Shown here: positions 19,583-28,879 of the stretch, piece by piece
How positions within the stretch are numbered: position 1 is the first letter of the stretch
Layout: each line of letters starts with the position of its first letter
Source of the DNA: an uncultured Alphaproteobacteria bacterium
Lineage (GTDB): Bacteria > Pseudomonadota > Alphaproteobacteria > Rhizobiales > Xanthobacteraceae
DNA length: 64,000 nt
NCBI GenBank assembly: GCA_963725985.1
Contig: CAVSAO010000001.1
Span: forward strand, 768,072 to 832,071
Reading direction: 5' to 3'
Translations under genes and position numbers: made by a program
Notes under the pieces: model-generated
The model's input: the letters and a program-made list of their open reading frames with translations, nothing else
Databases searched by the model: none
Told to the model about the DNA's origin: nothing

Positions 19583-21592
19583 TCACAAAGCCACGGGCTC
19601 GACCTCGGCGAGTTCGACGCCCTCCTGGACTATATCGCCGACCTTGCACTTAATCGCTTTCAGCACGCCGGCAAACGGCGCCCGCAGGGTCTGCTCCATC
19701 TTCATGACTTCAAGGGTCAGGATCGGCGCGCCCTTTTCGAGGCTGGCGCCTATTTCAGCCAGCAACGCCACCACGGTGCCCGGCAACGGCGCCACGATCT
19801 TGTCCTCGCCGACCTGCTCTTCGTCGTCGCCGCCGAACGGATCGACCCAATGCAGGTCGAAACGGCCGTTGCGCGTACGCAAGTAGAGTTCATGGCCCTC
19901 GATGACCGCGACGACACGGGATTTCATGCCGTCGAGCGTGAGATCGAACCCGCCGTCAGCGCCGGTTGAGAATGCGAAGGCAATTTCGCGCTCGCCGATC
20001 GACAGCGACGCGGGACCGTTGCCGTATTTCAGGCTGACCGCCCGTTCCGTCCCCTGCCCGTGACGGAACGTGAAAAGCCGCTGCCGCCGGCCTACCGGCA
20101 TCCAGCCTGAACTACGCCACGGCGAATGCGCCTCAGCCCGCGCCGCTTTTGTCTCCTCGCCGAGGATGGCTGCTACCGCGGCGCACAGTTCTAGATCGCC
20201 GGGCGCGGGCGGGGCCGGCGTCAGGCTCGTCAATTCGCGTTCGATAAAGCCGGTATCGATGGCGTTGGCGCGCACGTCAGGATGCATCACCAGCGCCGAC
20301 AGGAACGGAATGTTGCTGACAATGCCGCGAATGTCCGATTCCTCAAGCCCGCGATTGAGCCGCTCGATCGCGGCGTCGCGGGTCGGCGCCCACGCGATCA
20401 TCTTGGCCAGCATGGCGTCGTAGTGCGGCGAAACCGCATCGCCCTCGCGATATCCGGCATCGACGCGCAGACCGTCCGATGCCTCCGGCATGCGCCAGGT
20501 CCGTATCCTGCCGACCGACGGCATGAAATTCTTGTGGGGATTTTCCGCATAGACCCGCGCCTCGACGGCATGGCCATTGAGCCTGATCTGATCTTGCGCC
20601 AGCGGCAGCTTTTCGCCGAACGCGACCCGCAACTGCCACTCCACCAGATCAATGCCCGTGATCCATTCGGTCACGGGATGCTCGACCTGAAGCCTCGTGT
20701 TCATCTCGATGAAGAACACATCCTTGCCGTTGGAAACAAATTCGATAGTGCCGGCGCCGACATAGCCGACCGCGGCAGCCGCCTTGCGCGCAGCGGCGCA
20801 GACGGTCTCACGTTGCGTGGCGTCGAGCGTCGGCGATGGAGCTTCCTCGATCACCTTCTGATGCCGCCGCTGCAGGGTGCATTCGCGCTCGAACAGCGAC
20901 AGCAGATTGCCGTGGCTGTCGCCGATCACCTGTACTTCGATGTGCCGCGGGTTTTCGACGAATTTTTCAATCAGCATACGATCGTCGCCGAAGGCGGCCT
21001 TGGCTTCGCGCTTGGCGCTGACGATCGCGGCTCCGAGCTCGCCAGCCGAACGTACGATGCGCATGCCGCGCCCACCGCCGCCGGCGGATGCCTTGACCAG
21101 CACGGGAAAGCCGATTTTGTCGGCGGCCATCGCCAGCGTCGCCTCGTCCTGGGCTTCGCCGTGATAGCCCGGCACCAGCGGCACGCCGGCCTGCTCCATC
21201 AGCAGCTTCGAGCCCGACTTCGAACCCATCACCCTGATCATGCCCGCAGTCGGGCCGACGAATACCAATCCCGCGTCAAGGCAGGCCTGCGCGAATTCGG
21301 CGCTTTCGGACAGAAAGCCGTAGCCGGGATGCACGGCTTCGGCGCCGGTCCGGCGCGCCGCCTCGATCACGCGCTCGATGTTGAGATAGCTGTCGCGTGC
21401 CCGCGCCGGCCCGAGCAGCACGGCCTCATCGGCCATGGCGACATGCATGGCGTCGCGGTCGGCCTCGGAATAGACCGCGACCGTGCGCAGCCCCATCGCC
21501 CGTGCGGTACGGATCACCCTGCAGGCGATCTCGCCGCGGTTGGCGATCAGCAGGGTACGGAACCGCCGGTACTGGTGGGGGCGATCCATCAT
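19583..21592 (-). CDS. mccA: 3-methylcrotonyl-CoA carboxylase biotin-containing alpha subunit
   Basis: LIANRGEIA, HPGYGFLSE and EMNTRLQVEH motifs, biotinylation site EVMKME; lies between mccB and hmgL. Confidence 0.92.
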   Translation of the reverse strand: MMDRPHQYRRFRTLLIANRGEIACRVIRTARAMGLRTVAVYSEADRDAMHVAMADEAVLLGPARARDSYLNIERVIEAARRTGAEAVHPGYGFLSESAEFAQACLDAGLVFVGPTAGMIRVMGSKSGSKLLMEQAGVPLVPGYHGEAQDEATLAMAADKIGFPVLVKASAGGGGRGMRIVRSAGELGAAIVSAKREAKAAFGDDRMLIEKFVENPRHIEVQVIGDSHGNLLSLFERECTLQRRHQKVIEEAPSPTLDATQRETVCAAARKAAAAVGYVGAGTIEFVSNGKDVFFIEMNTRLQVEHPVTEWITGIDLVEWQLRVAFGEKLPLAQDQIRLNGHAVEARVYAENPHKNFMPSVGRIRTWRMPEASDGLRVDAGYREGDAVSPHYDAMLAKMIAWAPTRDAAIERLNRGLEESDIRGIVSNIPFLSALVMHPDVRANAIDTGFIERELTSLTPAPPAPGDLELCAAVAAILGEETKAARAEAHSPWRSSGWMPVGRRQRLFTFRHGQGTERAVSLKYGNGPASLSIGEREIAFAFSTGADGGFDLTLDGMKSRVVAVIEGHELYLRTRNGRFDLHWVDPFGGDDEEQVGEDKIVAPLPGTVVALLAEIGASLEKGAPILTLEVMKMEQTLRAPFAGVLKAIKCKVGDIVQEGVELAEVEPVAL

Positions 21593-23197
21593 CACATCCT
21601 GAACAGGCCAAAACGAGTGGGCTCGATCGGCGCGTTGCCGGCAGCCGAAAGCCCGAGGCCGAGCACCAGCCTTGTATCGGCGGGATCGATCACGCCGTCA
21701 TCCCACAGCCGGGCGGTGGCGTAGTAGGGACTGCCCTGACTTCTCATATTGAGCGCGGATCGGCGCGCGAAACTTTTCCTCTTCCTCGGCCGACCATGTT
21801 TCGCCCTTCGCCTCGATGTTGTCGCGGCGGACCTGGCTCAGCACCATCGAGGCCTGTTCGCCGCCCATCACCGAGATCCGGGCGTTCGGCCACATCCAGA
21901 GGAAGCGCGGACTGTAGGCGCGCCCGCACATCCCGTAATTGCCCGCGCCATAGGATCCGCCGATCACGACGGTGAATTTCGGCACGCCCGCGGTCGCCAC
22001 CGCCGTCACCAGCTTGGCGCCATCGCGCGCGATGCCGCCGGCTTCGTATTTCTTGCCGACCATGAAGCCCGTGATGTTCTGCAGGAACACCAGGGGGATA
22101 TTGCGCTGACAGCACAACTCGATGAAATGCGCGCCCTTCAGCGAGCTCTCGCTGAACAGGATGCCGTTATTGGCGATGATGCCGACCGGATAGCCCCAGA
22201 TATGGGCGAAACCGCAAATCAGGGTCTGGCCGTACAACTTCTTGAATTCATCGAACTCGGAGCCGTCGACCACGCGTGCAATGATGTCATGCACGTCGAA
22301 TGGCTTGCGGCCGTCGGCGGGCACCACGCCGTAAATCTCCTCGGGCGCAAACAACGGCTCGCGCGGCTCGCGCATATTCATCGCCACCCGTGTGGGCGGC
22401 TTCAGTGTGGCGACGATGCGCCGCGCGATGCCGATCGCATGGCTGTCGTTCTGCGCATAGTGATCGGTGACGCCGGATTGCCTCGAATGTACGTCGGCGC
22501 CGCCGAGTTCTTCCGCTGTCACCACTTCCCCGGTCGCGGCCTTCACCAGCGGCGGTCCGCCGAGAAAGATCGTGCCCTGGCTGCGTACGATGATGCTTTC
22601 GTCCGACATTGCCGGAACATAGGCGCCGCCTGCCGTGCAGGAACCCATCACAATGGCAATCTGTGGAATGCCTTGCGCCGACATCTGCGCCTGATTGTAG
22701 AAGATGCGGCCAAAATGCCGTTCGTCCGGGAAAACTTCGTCCTGCTGCGGCAGGAACGCGCCGCCGGAATCGACCAGATAGATGCAGGGCAGATTGTTCT
22801 GTCGCGCGATATCCTGGGCGCGAAGATGCTTCTTCACCGTCATCGGATAATAGGTGCCGCCTTTGATGGTCGCATCGTTGGCGACGATCACGCATTCGCG
22901 CCCCGATATCCGCCCCACACCCGTGACGACGCCGGCGGAGTGCACGTCGCCGCCATAGAGCCCGCAGGCCGCCAGCGGCGACAGCTCCAGAAACGCCGTG
23001 GCTGGATCAATCAGGAGATCGACGCGCTGACGCGCCAGCATCTTGCCGCGCGAGGTATGCCGGGCCTGCGATACCTTGCCGCCGCCACCGGCAACCTGGT
23101 CGAGTTTTTGCCGGAGCTCCTCGACCAGCGCGCGCATCGCTTCGGCGTTGCGGGCGAAATCGGACGAGGCGGGATCGGTACTGGAATGAAGCGGCAT
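21592..23197 (-). CDS. mccB: 3-methylcrotonyl-CoA carboxylase beta (carboxyltransferase) subunit, with one apparent frameshift near 21742
   Basis: [18 protein letters not shown] and [13 protein letters not shown] motifs. Removing one base restores [18 protein letters not shown]...FGLFRM*, with the stop overlapping the mccA start. Confidence 0.92.
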
Positions 23198-23333
23198 GGC
23201 CTTCAGCAGTCTATTGTGCGCCGCAATTTGCGCATCGGGGCTGGCGTCATGGTGTCATTGCGCCGCCGCCTTAGGCAACCCAGAACTTGCGGTCGATCAG
23301 GGAAGCCGGGATGCGCCCTTGGGATACTGCCCC

Positions 23334-23639
23334 CTAGTGGGTCCAGGGGTCACTGCGCCGGAAGGCAAAATTGTCGGCATAGGCGGCTTGCCGGCGCGCC
23401 GGCTCTTTGGGTTCAATCACCTGATAGGGAATGCCCTTGCGCTCGCAATAGGCCACCGCCTCTTCCTTGGTGTGGAAGCGGATGCTGAGCTGCTGCTTCA
23501 TGTCGCCGGATGAGGTCCAGCCCATCAACGGCTCGATCGCGCGCGGCTGTTCGGGCTCATAATCGAGCTGCCATTCCTTGGTCTTGGCGGTCCCCGATTG
23601 CATCGCGTTTTTGGCGGGCTTAAAGATGCGTGCGGTCAT
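23334..23639 (-). CDS. ETC complex I subunit (NDUFS4-like)
   Basis: MTARIFKPAKNAMQSG...EPLMGWTSSGD...YADNF. Confidence 0.92.
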   Translation of the reverse strand: MTARIFKPAKNAMQSGTAKTKEWQLDYEPEQPRAIEPLMGWTSSGDMKQQLSIRFHTKEEAVAYCERKGIPYQVIEPKEPARRQAAYADNFAFRRSDPWTH

Positions 23640-23869
23640 GGATGATCGGGCCCCGTGAGAAATGCGGCATGGAAGCGCGTGGTGGAAACGGCCAGGATAG
23701 TATAGAGACACCTTTCGGGATTTTGATCGGTGATTCCCAATCCCGGATGTTACATTTTGCTCCGGTATAGTCATTATGTTGCGGTGTGACAATCTTTGCC
23801 GCATGCGCGGCTGACACCCCTGTCCTGCTGCCTGGTCCCCCTCGAAAGTATCAGTTCGAAACGGCGCCC

Positions 23870-25018
23870 ATGAAAATCAACGCAACCCTCCCGGAAAAAG
23901 GACGCGATCTGCGGCTCGACCTGTTTCGCGGGGTCGCCAACTGGGCGATTTTTCTGGACCACATTCCCGATAACGTCGTGAACTGGATCACCACCCGGAA
24001 TTACGGCTTCAGCGACGCCGCGGACCTGTTCGTTTTCATCTCGGGGTATACCGCCTCCTTCGTCTACGCCAGGATGATGCTCGACCGCGGCTTCATCGTC
24101 GGCGCCACCCGCCTGACCAAGCGGGTCTGGCAGCTCTACGTCGCCCATGTCGTCCTGTTCGTCATCTACATTGCTTCAATCAGCTATCTCGCGCTGCGGT
24201 TCGGCGATTCCGAGATTATCAACGAGTTCAATGTCGCAGGCCTGGTCGACCAAGCGACCGAGACACTGCGCCAGGGCTTGATCCTCAAATTCAAGCCGGT
24301 CAATCTCGACGTGCTTCCGCTCTATATCATCTTGATGGGGCTGTTTCCGCCGGTATTGTGGATCATGCTGCGTCAGCCCAACTGGACGATGCTGGCATCC
24401 ATCGTGCTGTGGCTCGCCGCCCGGCAATTCGGCTGGAATTTCACGGCCTACCCCGCCGGGACCTGGTACTTCAACCCGTACTGCTGGCAGGTGCTGTTCG
24501 TGTTCGGCTCCTGGTGCGCGCTCGGCGGCGCCAGAAGGTCGATGTCGATCATCAACGCGCCCCTCACCCTCTATTTTTGCATCGCCTATCTCATCTTCGG
24601 TCTGGTGATGACCATGGCGGGCAAGTTTCCGGATTTCGGAAATATGTTTCCGGACTGGCTCTATTCAACCTTCAACCCCAACGACAAGACCAATCTCGCG
24701 CCCTATCGCTTCGTCCATTTCGCGGTGATCGTGATTTTGGTGATCAGGTTCGTGCCCAAGGACTGGCCGGGGCTGGAATGGAAGATGTTCGATCCGCTTA
24801 TCGTCTGCGGTCAGCAGTCGCTCGCGGTGTTCTGCGTCGGCGTCTTCCTGTCCTTCGTCGGCCATTTCGAATTGATGATGAGTTCGGGCTCGCTGTTCGC
24901 GCAGGTCTTTGTAAGCGTGACCGGCATAGCGATCATGACCATCGTCGCCTACTACATTTCCTGGTCGAAAAGACAGGACAAGCCGCTTCCCAAGGCCACG
25001 CCGGCCAAGGCCGGCTAG
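23870..25018 (+). CDS. opgC: OpgC-domain membrane protein (periplasmic glucan succinylation family)
   Basis: RDLRLDLFRG, GFSDAADLFVFISG and DVLPLY motifs. Confidence 0.85.
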   Translation: MKINATLPEKGRDLRLDLFRGVANWAIFLDHIPDNVVNWITTRNYGFSDAADLFVFISGYTASFVYARMMLDRGFIVGATRLTKRVWQLYVAHVVLFVIYIASISYLALRFGDSEIINEFNVAGLVDQATETLRQGLILKFKPVNLDVLPLYIILMGLFPPVLWIMLRQPNWTMLASIVLWLAARQFGWNFTAYPAGTWYFNPYCWQVLFVFGSWCALGGARRSMSIINAPLTLYFCIAYLIFGLVMTMAGKFPDFGNMFPDWLYSTFNPNDKTNLAPYRFVHFAVIVILVIRFVPKDWPGLEWKMFDPLIVCGQQSLAVFCVGVFLSFVGHFELMMSSGSLFAQVFVSVTGIAIMTIVAYYISWSKRQDKPLPKATPAKAG

Positions 25019-25057
25019 TTCCGGCCTGATACGGCTTCGGACGACGGGCCGGCCAAT

Positions 25058-26866
25058 TCACGCCGGTCGTGCGCTCGCCATGACCATGGTGGCGACGTCG
25101 GCATAAACGCCGACCAGCGGTCCGACGATCCGGTGAAGTGCGTTCTTCGAGATCAGCGTATCGTGCAGGATCAGACGGTCGATTCCTGTGGTCAGGAAGC
25201 ACACGACGGCGTCGTGCGGCGTTTCGACAATCGGCTCGCCCTTCACGTTGAATGACGTATTGATCAACACGGGAACGCCGGTCAACGCCTCGAACTCCCT
25301 GAGCAGGCGATACAACATCGGATTGGCCGCTTCCTTGACAGTCTGAACGCGCGCCGTTCCGTCGACGTGGACGACGGCCGGAATCCTGTCCCGCCATTCG
25401 GGGCGGACTCGCCTGGCGATCAACATGAAAGGCGACTCCTCCTCGCCTTCGAAGATCTCATTCGCCCGTTCGGCGAGCACGATCGGCGCGAACGGCCGGA
25501 ACGCCTGCCGGTGCTTGACGCGGCTGTTCAGGATATCCTTCATCTCGGCCTTGCGCGGGTCCGCCAGCAGGCTGCGATTGCCGAGCGCGCGCGGTCCGAA
25601 CTCGGAAGCCCCCTGAAACCAGCCGATCACGCACTGCCCGGCGAGCAGTTTTGCGGTCTCCCGGCAAATATCCTCGCTCCGCGCTGCGGTGGTTTGAACG
25701 CGAACCAGAAATTTCGCCGTGGCACTTTCAACGTCCCGATCGGTATAGCGTTTGCCGGCGAAGGCGTGATCCATGACGAATGAACGGCGTTGCTTCAGAA
25801 TTTCCAGATAGCCGTAACAGGCGCAGCCGATCGCGATGCCGTCGTCGCCGGCCGCGGGCTGGATCCAGACATTCTCGAATCCGGACTCCCGCGCTATCAG
25901 GCCATTGGCCACGCAGTTGAGCGCGACGCCGCCGGCGATACAGAGATTTTTGGCGCCGGTCGTTTCGCGCAGCCACCGGGCGCGGGCCAGTAGCACGTTT
26001 TCGGTGTCGTCCTGCACCCGCCAGGCGAGATCCTCCCAGTGCGGCATCGCCGGACTGGCTTCCCAATTGCCGCGATCCATGACGTAAGGTTGCCTGAAGT
26101 CGGCCGTCCAGTGCGGAACATGCAACGTGCCGTCGGTCAGTTCGAGCAGATGCCCGATCCGCTCGCGCCGGCCATATGGCGCGAGCCCCATCACCTCACC
26201 GCATTTATTCCAGTCTCCGAAAATGTAGGTTGAGGCCCGGCTGTACAGCGCGCCAAGTCCCGGCATATTGTAGAATTCATCGCTGAGGAAGCCGCGGTCG
26301 GGCTCCATCCAGACCTTCTTCACGCATTCGATCTTCGCACCGCTGAATTTGTAATAGCTCTCGGACTCGCGGGCCAGCGCCGTGGCGATATCGGCCGGCG
26401 GATAGGGTTCGATCACGTCGGATCGGTAGCTGCCGACGCCATCGACGATCATCACCACGCCTTCTTCGAACGGCGATACCGCGAATGCGCTGTAGGCGTG
26501 CGCCAGATGGTGCGATAGCGACACCACCTTGTCGGAATGCGACAGATACAATGGATGCTTGGCAGCCCCGGCCCGTTCATATTCGGGAAGGAAGCCCGGC
26601 ATGTCCTGATAGACCAGCCGCTCTTCCATTTCAGCCACCGGGAGGATGTAGCAGTTGCGGACGATCAGATCGACGTCATCGAGCGTGATGCCTTCGGCGT
26701 CCAGGCAATAGTCGATCACCTCCTTGTAGAAGCCGCCGGCGTGCTTCTCGCGCGTAATTCGCTCTTTTGCGATCGCGAATGCGATGGCGCCGTCGCGCAG
26801 CAAGCATGCACTCACATCATGGTCATAGGTATTCAGGCCGAGAACGTAGGTGTGTTGTTTGGTCAT
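25058..26866 (-). CDS. Carbamoyltransferase (NodU/CmcH/TobZ family)
   Basis: HD, HHLAH, DGVG, GGVALN, EFGPRALGNRS, RPFAP and NTSFN motifs. Confidence 0.95.
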   Translation of the reverse strand: MTKQHTYVLGLNTYDHDVSACLLRDGAIAFAIAKERITREKHAGGFYKEVIDYCLDAEGITLDDVDLIVRNCYILPVAEMEERLVYQDMPGFLPEYERAGAAKHPLYLSHSDKVVSLSHHLAHAYSAFAVSPFEEGVVMIVDGVGSYRSDVIEPYPPADIATALARESESYYKFSGAKIECVKKVWMEPDRGFLSDEFYNMPGLGALYSRASTYIFGDWNKCGEVMGLAPYGRRERIGHLLELTDGTLHVPHWTADFRQPYVMDRGNWEASPAMPHWEDLAWRVQDDTENVLLARARWLRETTGAKNLCIAGGVALNCVANGLIARESGFENVWIQPAAGDDGIAIGCACYGYLEILKQRRSFVMDHAFAGKRYTDRDVESATAKFLVRVQTTAARSEDICRETAKLLAGQCVIGWFQGASEFGPRALGNRSLLADPRKAEMKDILNSRVKHRQAFRPFAPIVLAERANEIFEGEEESPFMLIARRVRPEWRDRIPAVVHVDGTARVQTVKEAANPMLYRLLREFEALTGVPVLINTSFNVKGEPIVETPHDAVVCFLTTGIDRLILHDTLISKNALHRIVGPLVGVYADVATMVMASARPA

Positions 26867-26967
26867 CGGCGCTCTTGGGAAGGAGGGTTCGGTGTCAGCG
26901 CGCAGGGCTCTCGAAGACAACCTGATTGCAGCGGCCAGTGCAGATCTCTCTGGTCCGAAGCTCGTCC

Positions 26968-27810
26968 CTAACCGCGGGGCTTGGTGACCAACCTGCCTCT
27001 CGATGAGAACCCGTCCCACTCGGTAGACCAGCCGATACCATCCTGGCTTCGCTTTCCCTGCAGCGCAAACGCGGCGCCCTGAGGGTCCGTGCATCGAGCG
27101 ATCCAGCTGCCGTCCAGCAATTCACGTGGGCCGTCTAAGATCTGGCCGCCACCGGTCTTCACGCGCTCTGTGGCCGCGTCGATGTCGCCGATATTGAAGT
27201 AATAAAGCCAGAAGGGGACCGGCTCCATGGGATGTTTAGTGCGCATGCCGCCGATGGTCTGCCCGCCGGCGGAGAACAACTGATACGTGTCCGCTGGACC
27301 GGTTGCGGCGTCCTCTTTCTGCCAGCCAAAAAGTTCGCCGTAGAAAGCGAACGCCTTCTCCCGGTCGGCCGCGAGCAACTCATGCCAGCCCACGCGCCCG
27401 AGCTCACCCAGCTCGTTGGGTTGGGGTTGTGCCGGCTTCAGCCCCTCGACCAACCCAAGCGTTGCCGTTTGCGGGTCAGCGACGACCGAAATGCGGCCGA
27501 TGTTGCTGGTGGTCGGCGGGACGTACAGGGCTCCGCCGAGACGCTTGATGCGGTCGGCCGTCTCGTCCACGTCGTCGACGCTGACATACCCCATCCACCT
27601 CGGCGTCGCGCCCATTTTCCTCCCATCCTCCGGCAGGTCCATGAGCCCGCTTACCGCGGCCCTTCCAGCGGCAAACACGGTGTAGGCCAGATCGGGCGTC
27701 GATGCGTCCTGCGCGCTCCAGCCCACGACGTTGGCGTAGAAGGACTTGGCGGTCGCTATATCTGTGGTTATCAGCTCGTACCAGGCGAAACGGCCGGGAT
27801 AATCGACCAT
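26968..27810 (-). CDS. Two-domain VOC (glyoxalase/bleomycin-resistance) family protein
   Basis: Duplicated W(Y/H)EL...FY..GW...DPQ units. Confidence 0.9.
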   Translation of the reverse strand: MVDYPGRFAWYELITTDIATAKSFYANVVGWSAQDASTPDLAYTVFAAGRAAVSGLMDLPEDGRKMGATPRWMGYVSVDDVDETADRIKRLGGALYVPPTTSNIGRISVVADPQTATLGLVEGLKPAQPQPNELGELGRVGWHELLAADREKAFAFYGELFGWQKEDAATGPADTYQLFSAGGQTIGGMRTKHPMEPVPFWLYYFNIGDIDAATERVKTGGGQILDGPRELLDGSWIARCTDPQGAAFALQGKRSQDGIGWSTEWDGFSSRGRLVTKPRG

Positions 27811-28095
27811 ATCGGTCTCTCCGTTCGAGCCTACAAACGTCCGCGGCGCCGCATCGAGCCGACCAGGCTTCTTTTCTGGCGCAGGACCGAGAGGCGAGGT
27901 CCTTTGGCCTCAATAACGGCGGGGTGGAGCGAATGCAAGGACACACGCGGCGCCCCTTCCGTTCCACCCGGAGCGCAATGCAACGGCAACGAGACTCTGC
28001 CTCGTGCCGGCGGTTTTGCTGACCTGCGCGAGGTTGTCGGGGACAACAAGGATCATGGATATTTTGTGATTGGTTGAGCAGCGCCAGCCCCGTTT

Positions 28096-28189
28096 ATGAA
28101 CATGTCGTTCATGAACATGAAATCGCAAGAACCGGACGCGCCCGCGACAAATCCGTCTGCATAACCAGTCTTGCATGGCTCAACTGCAA
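28096..28189. promoter_or_regulatory. Candidate operator sites upstream of the RiPP precursor
   Basis: ATGAACATG direct repeat (28096 and 28111) overlapping the inverted repeat ATGAAC-N5-GTTCAT, plus TTGCA-N9-TGCAA at 28171-28189. Confidence 0.4.
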
Positions 28190-28249
28190 GGCGTAAAGTC
28201 ATTCTGCGGGACTCTAAGAATCTTTTACAAGGTATGGAGGAATGCAATC

Positions 28250-28633
28250 ATGCCACGGGTGAAGCAAGCTTCGAAGCGAAAGCGTGTGACCAAATCCATA
28301 CCGGTGTTAGGGGCCGCCGGTTTGACTTTTTCATTAGTGGGGGGTGCATCGGCAGCAGTCGTGCCGACGCAGGACGTGCCGCAAACGCCGAACCTTGCAC
28401 CGAGTCATGCAATCACTCTCGGTGAAGAAGAAATCGCCGACGTCAGCCTGGCGACGTTCTATCTCTTCGACAAGGAGAACACAGGATCGCTTCGGGGCTT
28501 CGTACAGGAAGCCCGTGGCTGCGGCTGCAGAGGTTGCAGAGGTTGCAGAGGCTGCAGAGGTTGCAGAGGCTGCGGAGGGTGCGGGGGCTGCGGAGGCTGC
28601 TGCTTGTCGTGGGGAGCTTGTCGCCTTTGCTAG
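28250..28633 (+). CDS. Putative RiPP (thiazole/oxazole-modified) precursor peptide, 127 aa
   Basis: GGAGG RBS; signal-like N-terminus, acidic leader LGEEEIADVSLATF and core GC(GCR)5(GCG)3GCCLSWGACRLC; directly upstream of YcaO and SagB genes. Confidence 0.85.
   Translation: MPRVKQASKRKRVTKSIPVLGAAGLTFSLVGGASAAVVPTQDVPQTPNLAPSHAITLGEEEIADVSLATFYLFDKENTGSLRGFVQEARGCGCRGCRGCRGCRGCRGCGGCGGCGGCCLSWGACRLC
28523..28603 (+). repeat. 9-bp coding tandem repeat in the precursor core
   Basis: GGYTGCAGA x5, then GGNTGCGGR x3, then GGCTGCTGC. Confidence 0.95.
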
Positions 28634-28879
28634 CCCAGACCGGTTTCTGATTACGTTGATAAACGCAGGTCGTCATGGCCGGGTTCGACACAATCGACCC
28701 GGCCAATCTATGTCTTCTTTGCAACGCAGCGCACGTCCATAGGCGCGCATGACGATTGAGCGGGTCCGATATTGTCGAGAAATGCCAGCGCGCAAGCTGG
28801 ATAAGGGAATTCCAGTGGTCGAAGAATACGCCTTGCACCGGCGAACCGGAGTGGTGGGTAAGGTGCGCGTGATGACGTC

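Noticed and set aside
21749-23488. 579-aa plus-strand ORF, and similar long ORFs at 93-1217, 4138-5358, 15633-16787, 20282-21724, 53851-55812 and 56765-58519
   Set aside because: Antisense shadows of well-supported genes, expected in high-GC DNA; no recognisable motifs.
23640-23790. att duplicate of the tRNA-Pro 3' end at the far side of the RiPP block
   Set aside because: Only weak, short resemblance (TGATCGGG, TGGTGGAAACGG); no convincing match to TGGTCGGGGCAGCTGGATTCGAACC.
25058-26866. Calling the carbamoyltransferase nodU/nolO and inferring a nodulation locus
   Set aside because: No other nod genes or nod box in the window; the family is broad.
28171-28190. Sigma-54 promoter before the precursor
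   Set aside because: GG to GC spacing in TGGCTCAACTGC is 7 nt, not the required 10.
28175-28249. Longer 152-aa precursor starting at 28175
   Set aside because: The GGAGG RBS precedes the ATG at 28250, and the upstream extension has no RBS or plausible features.
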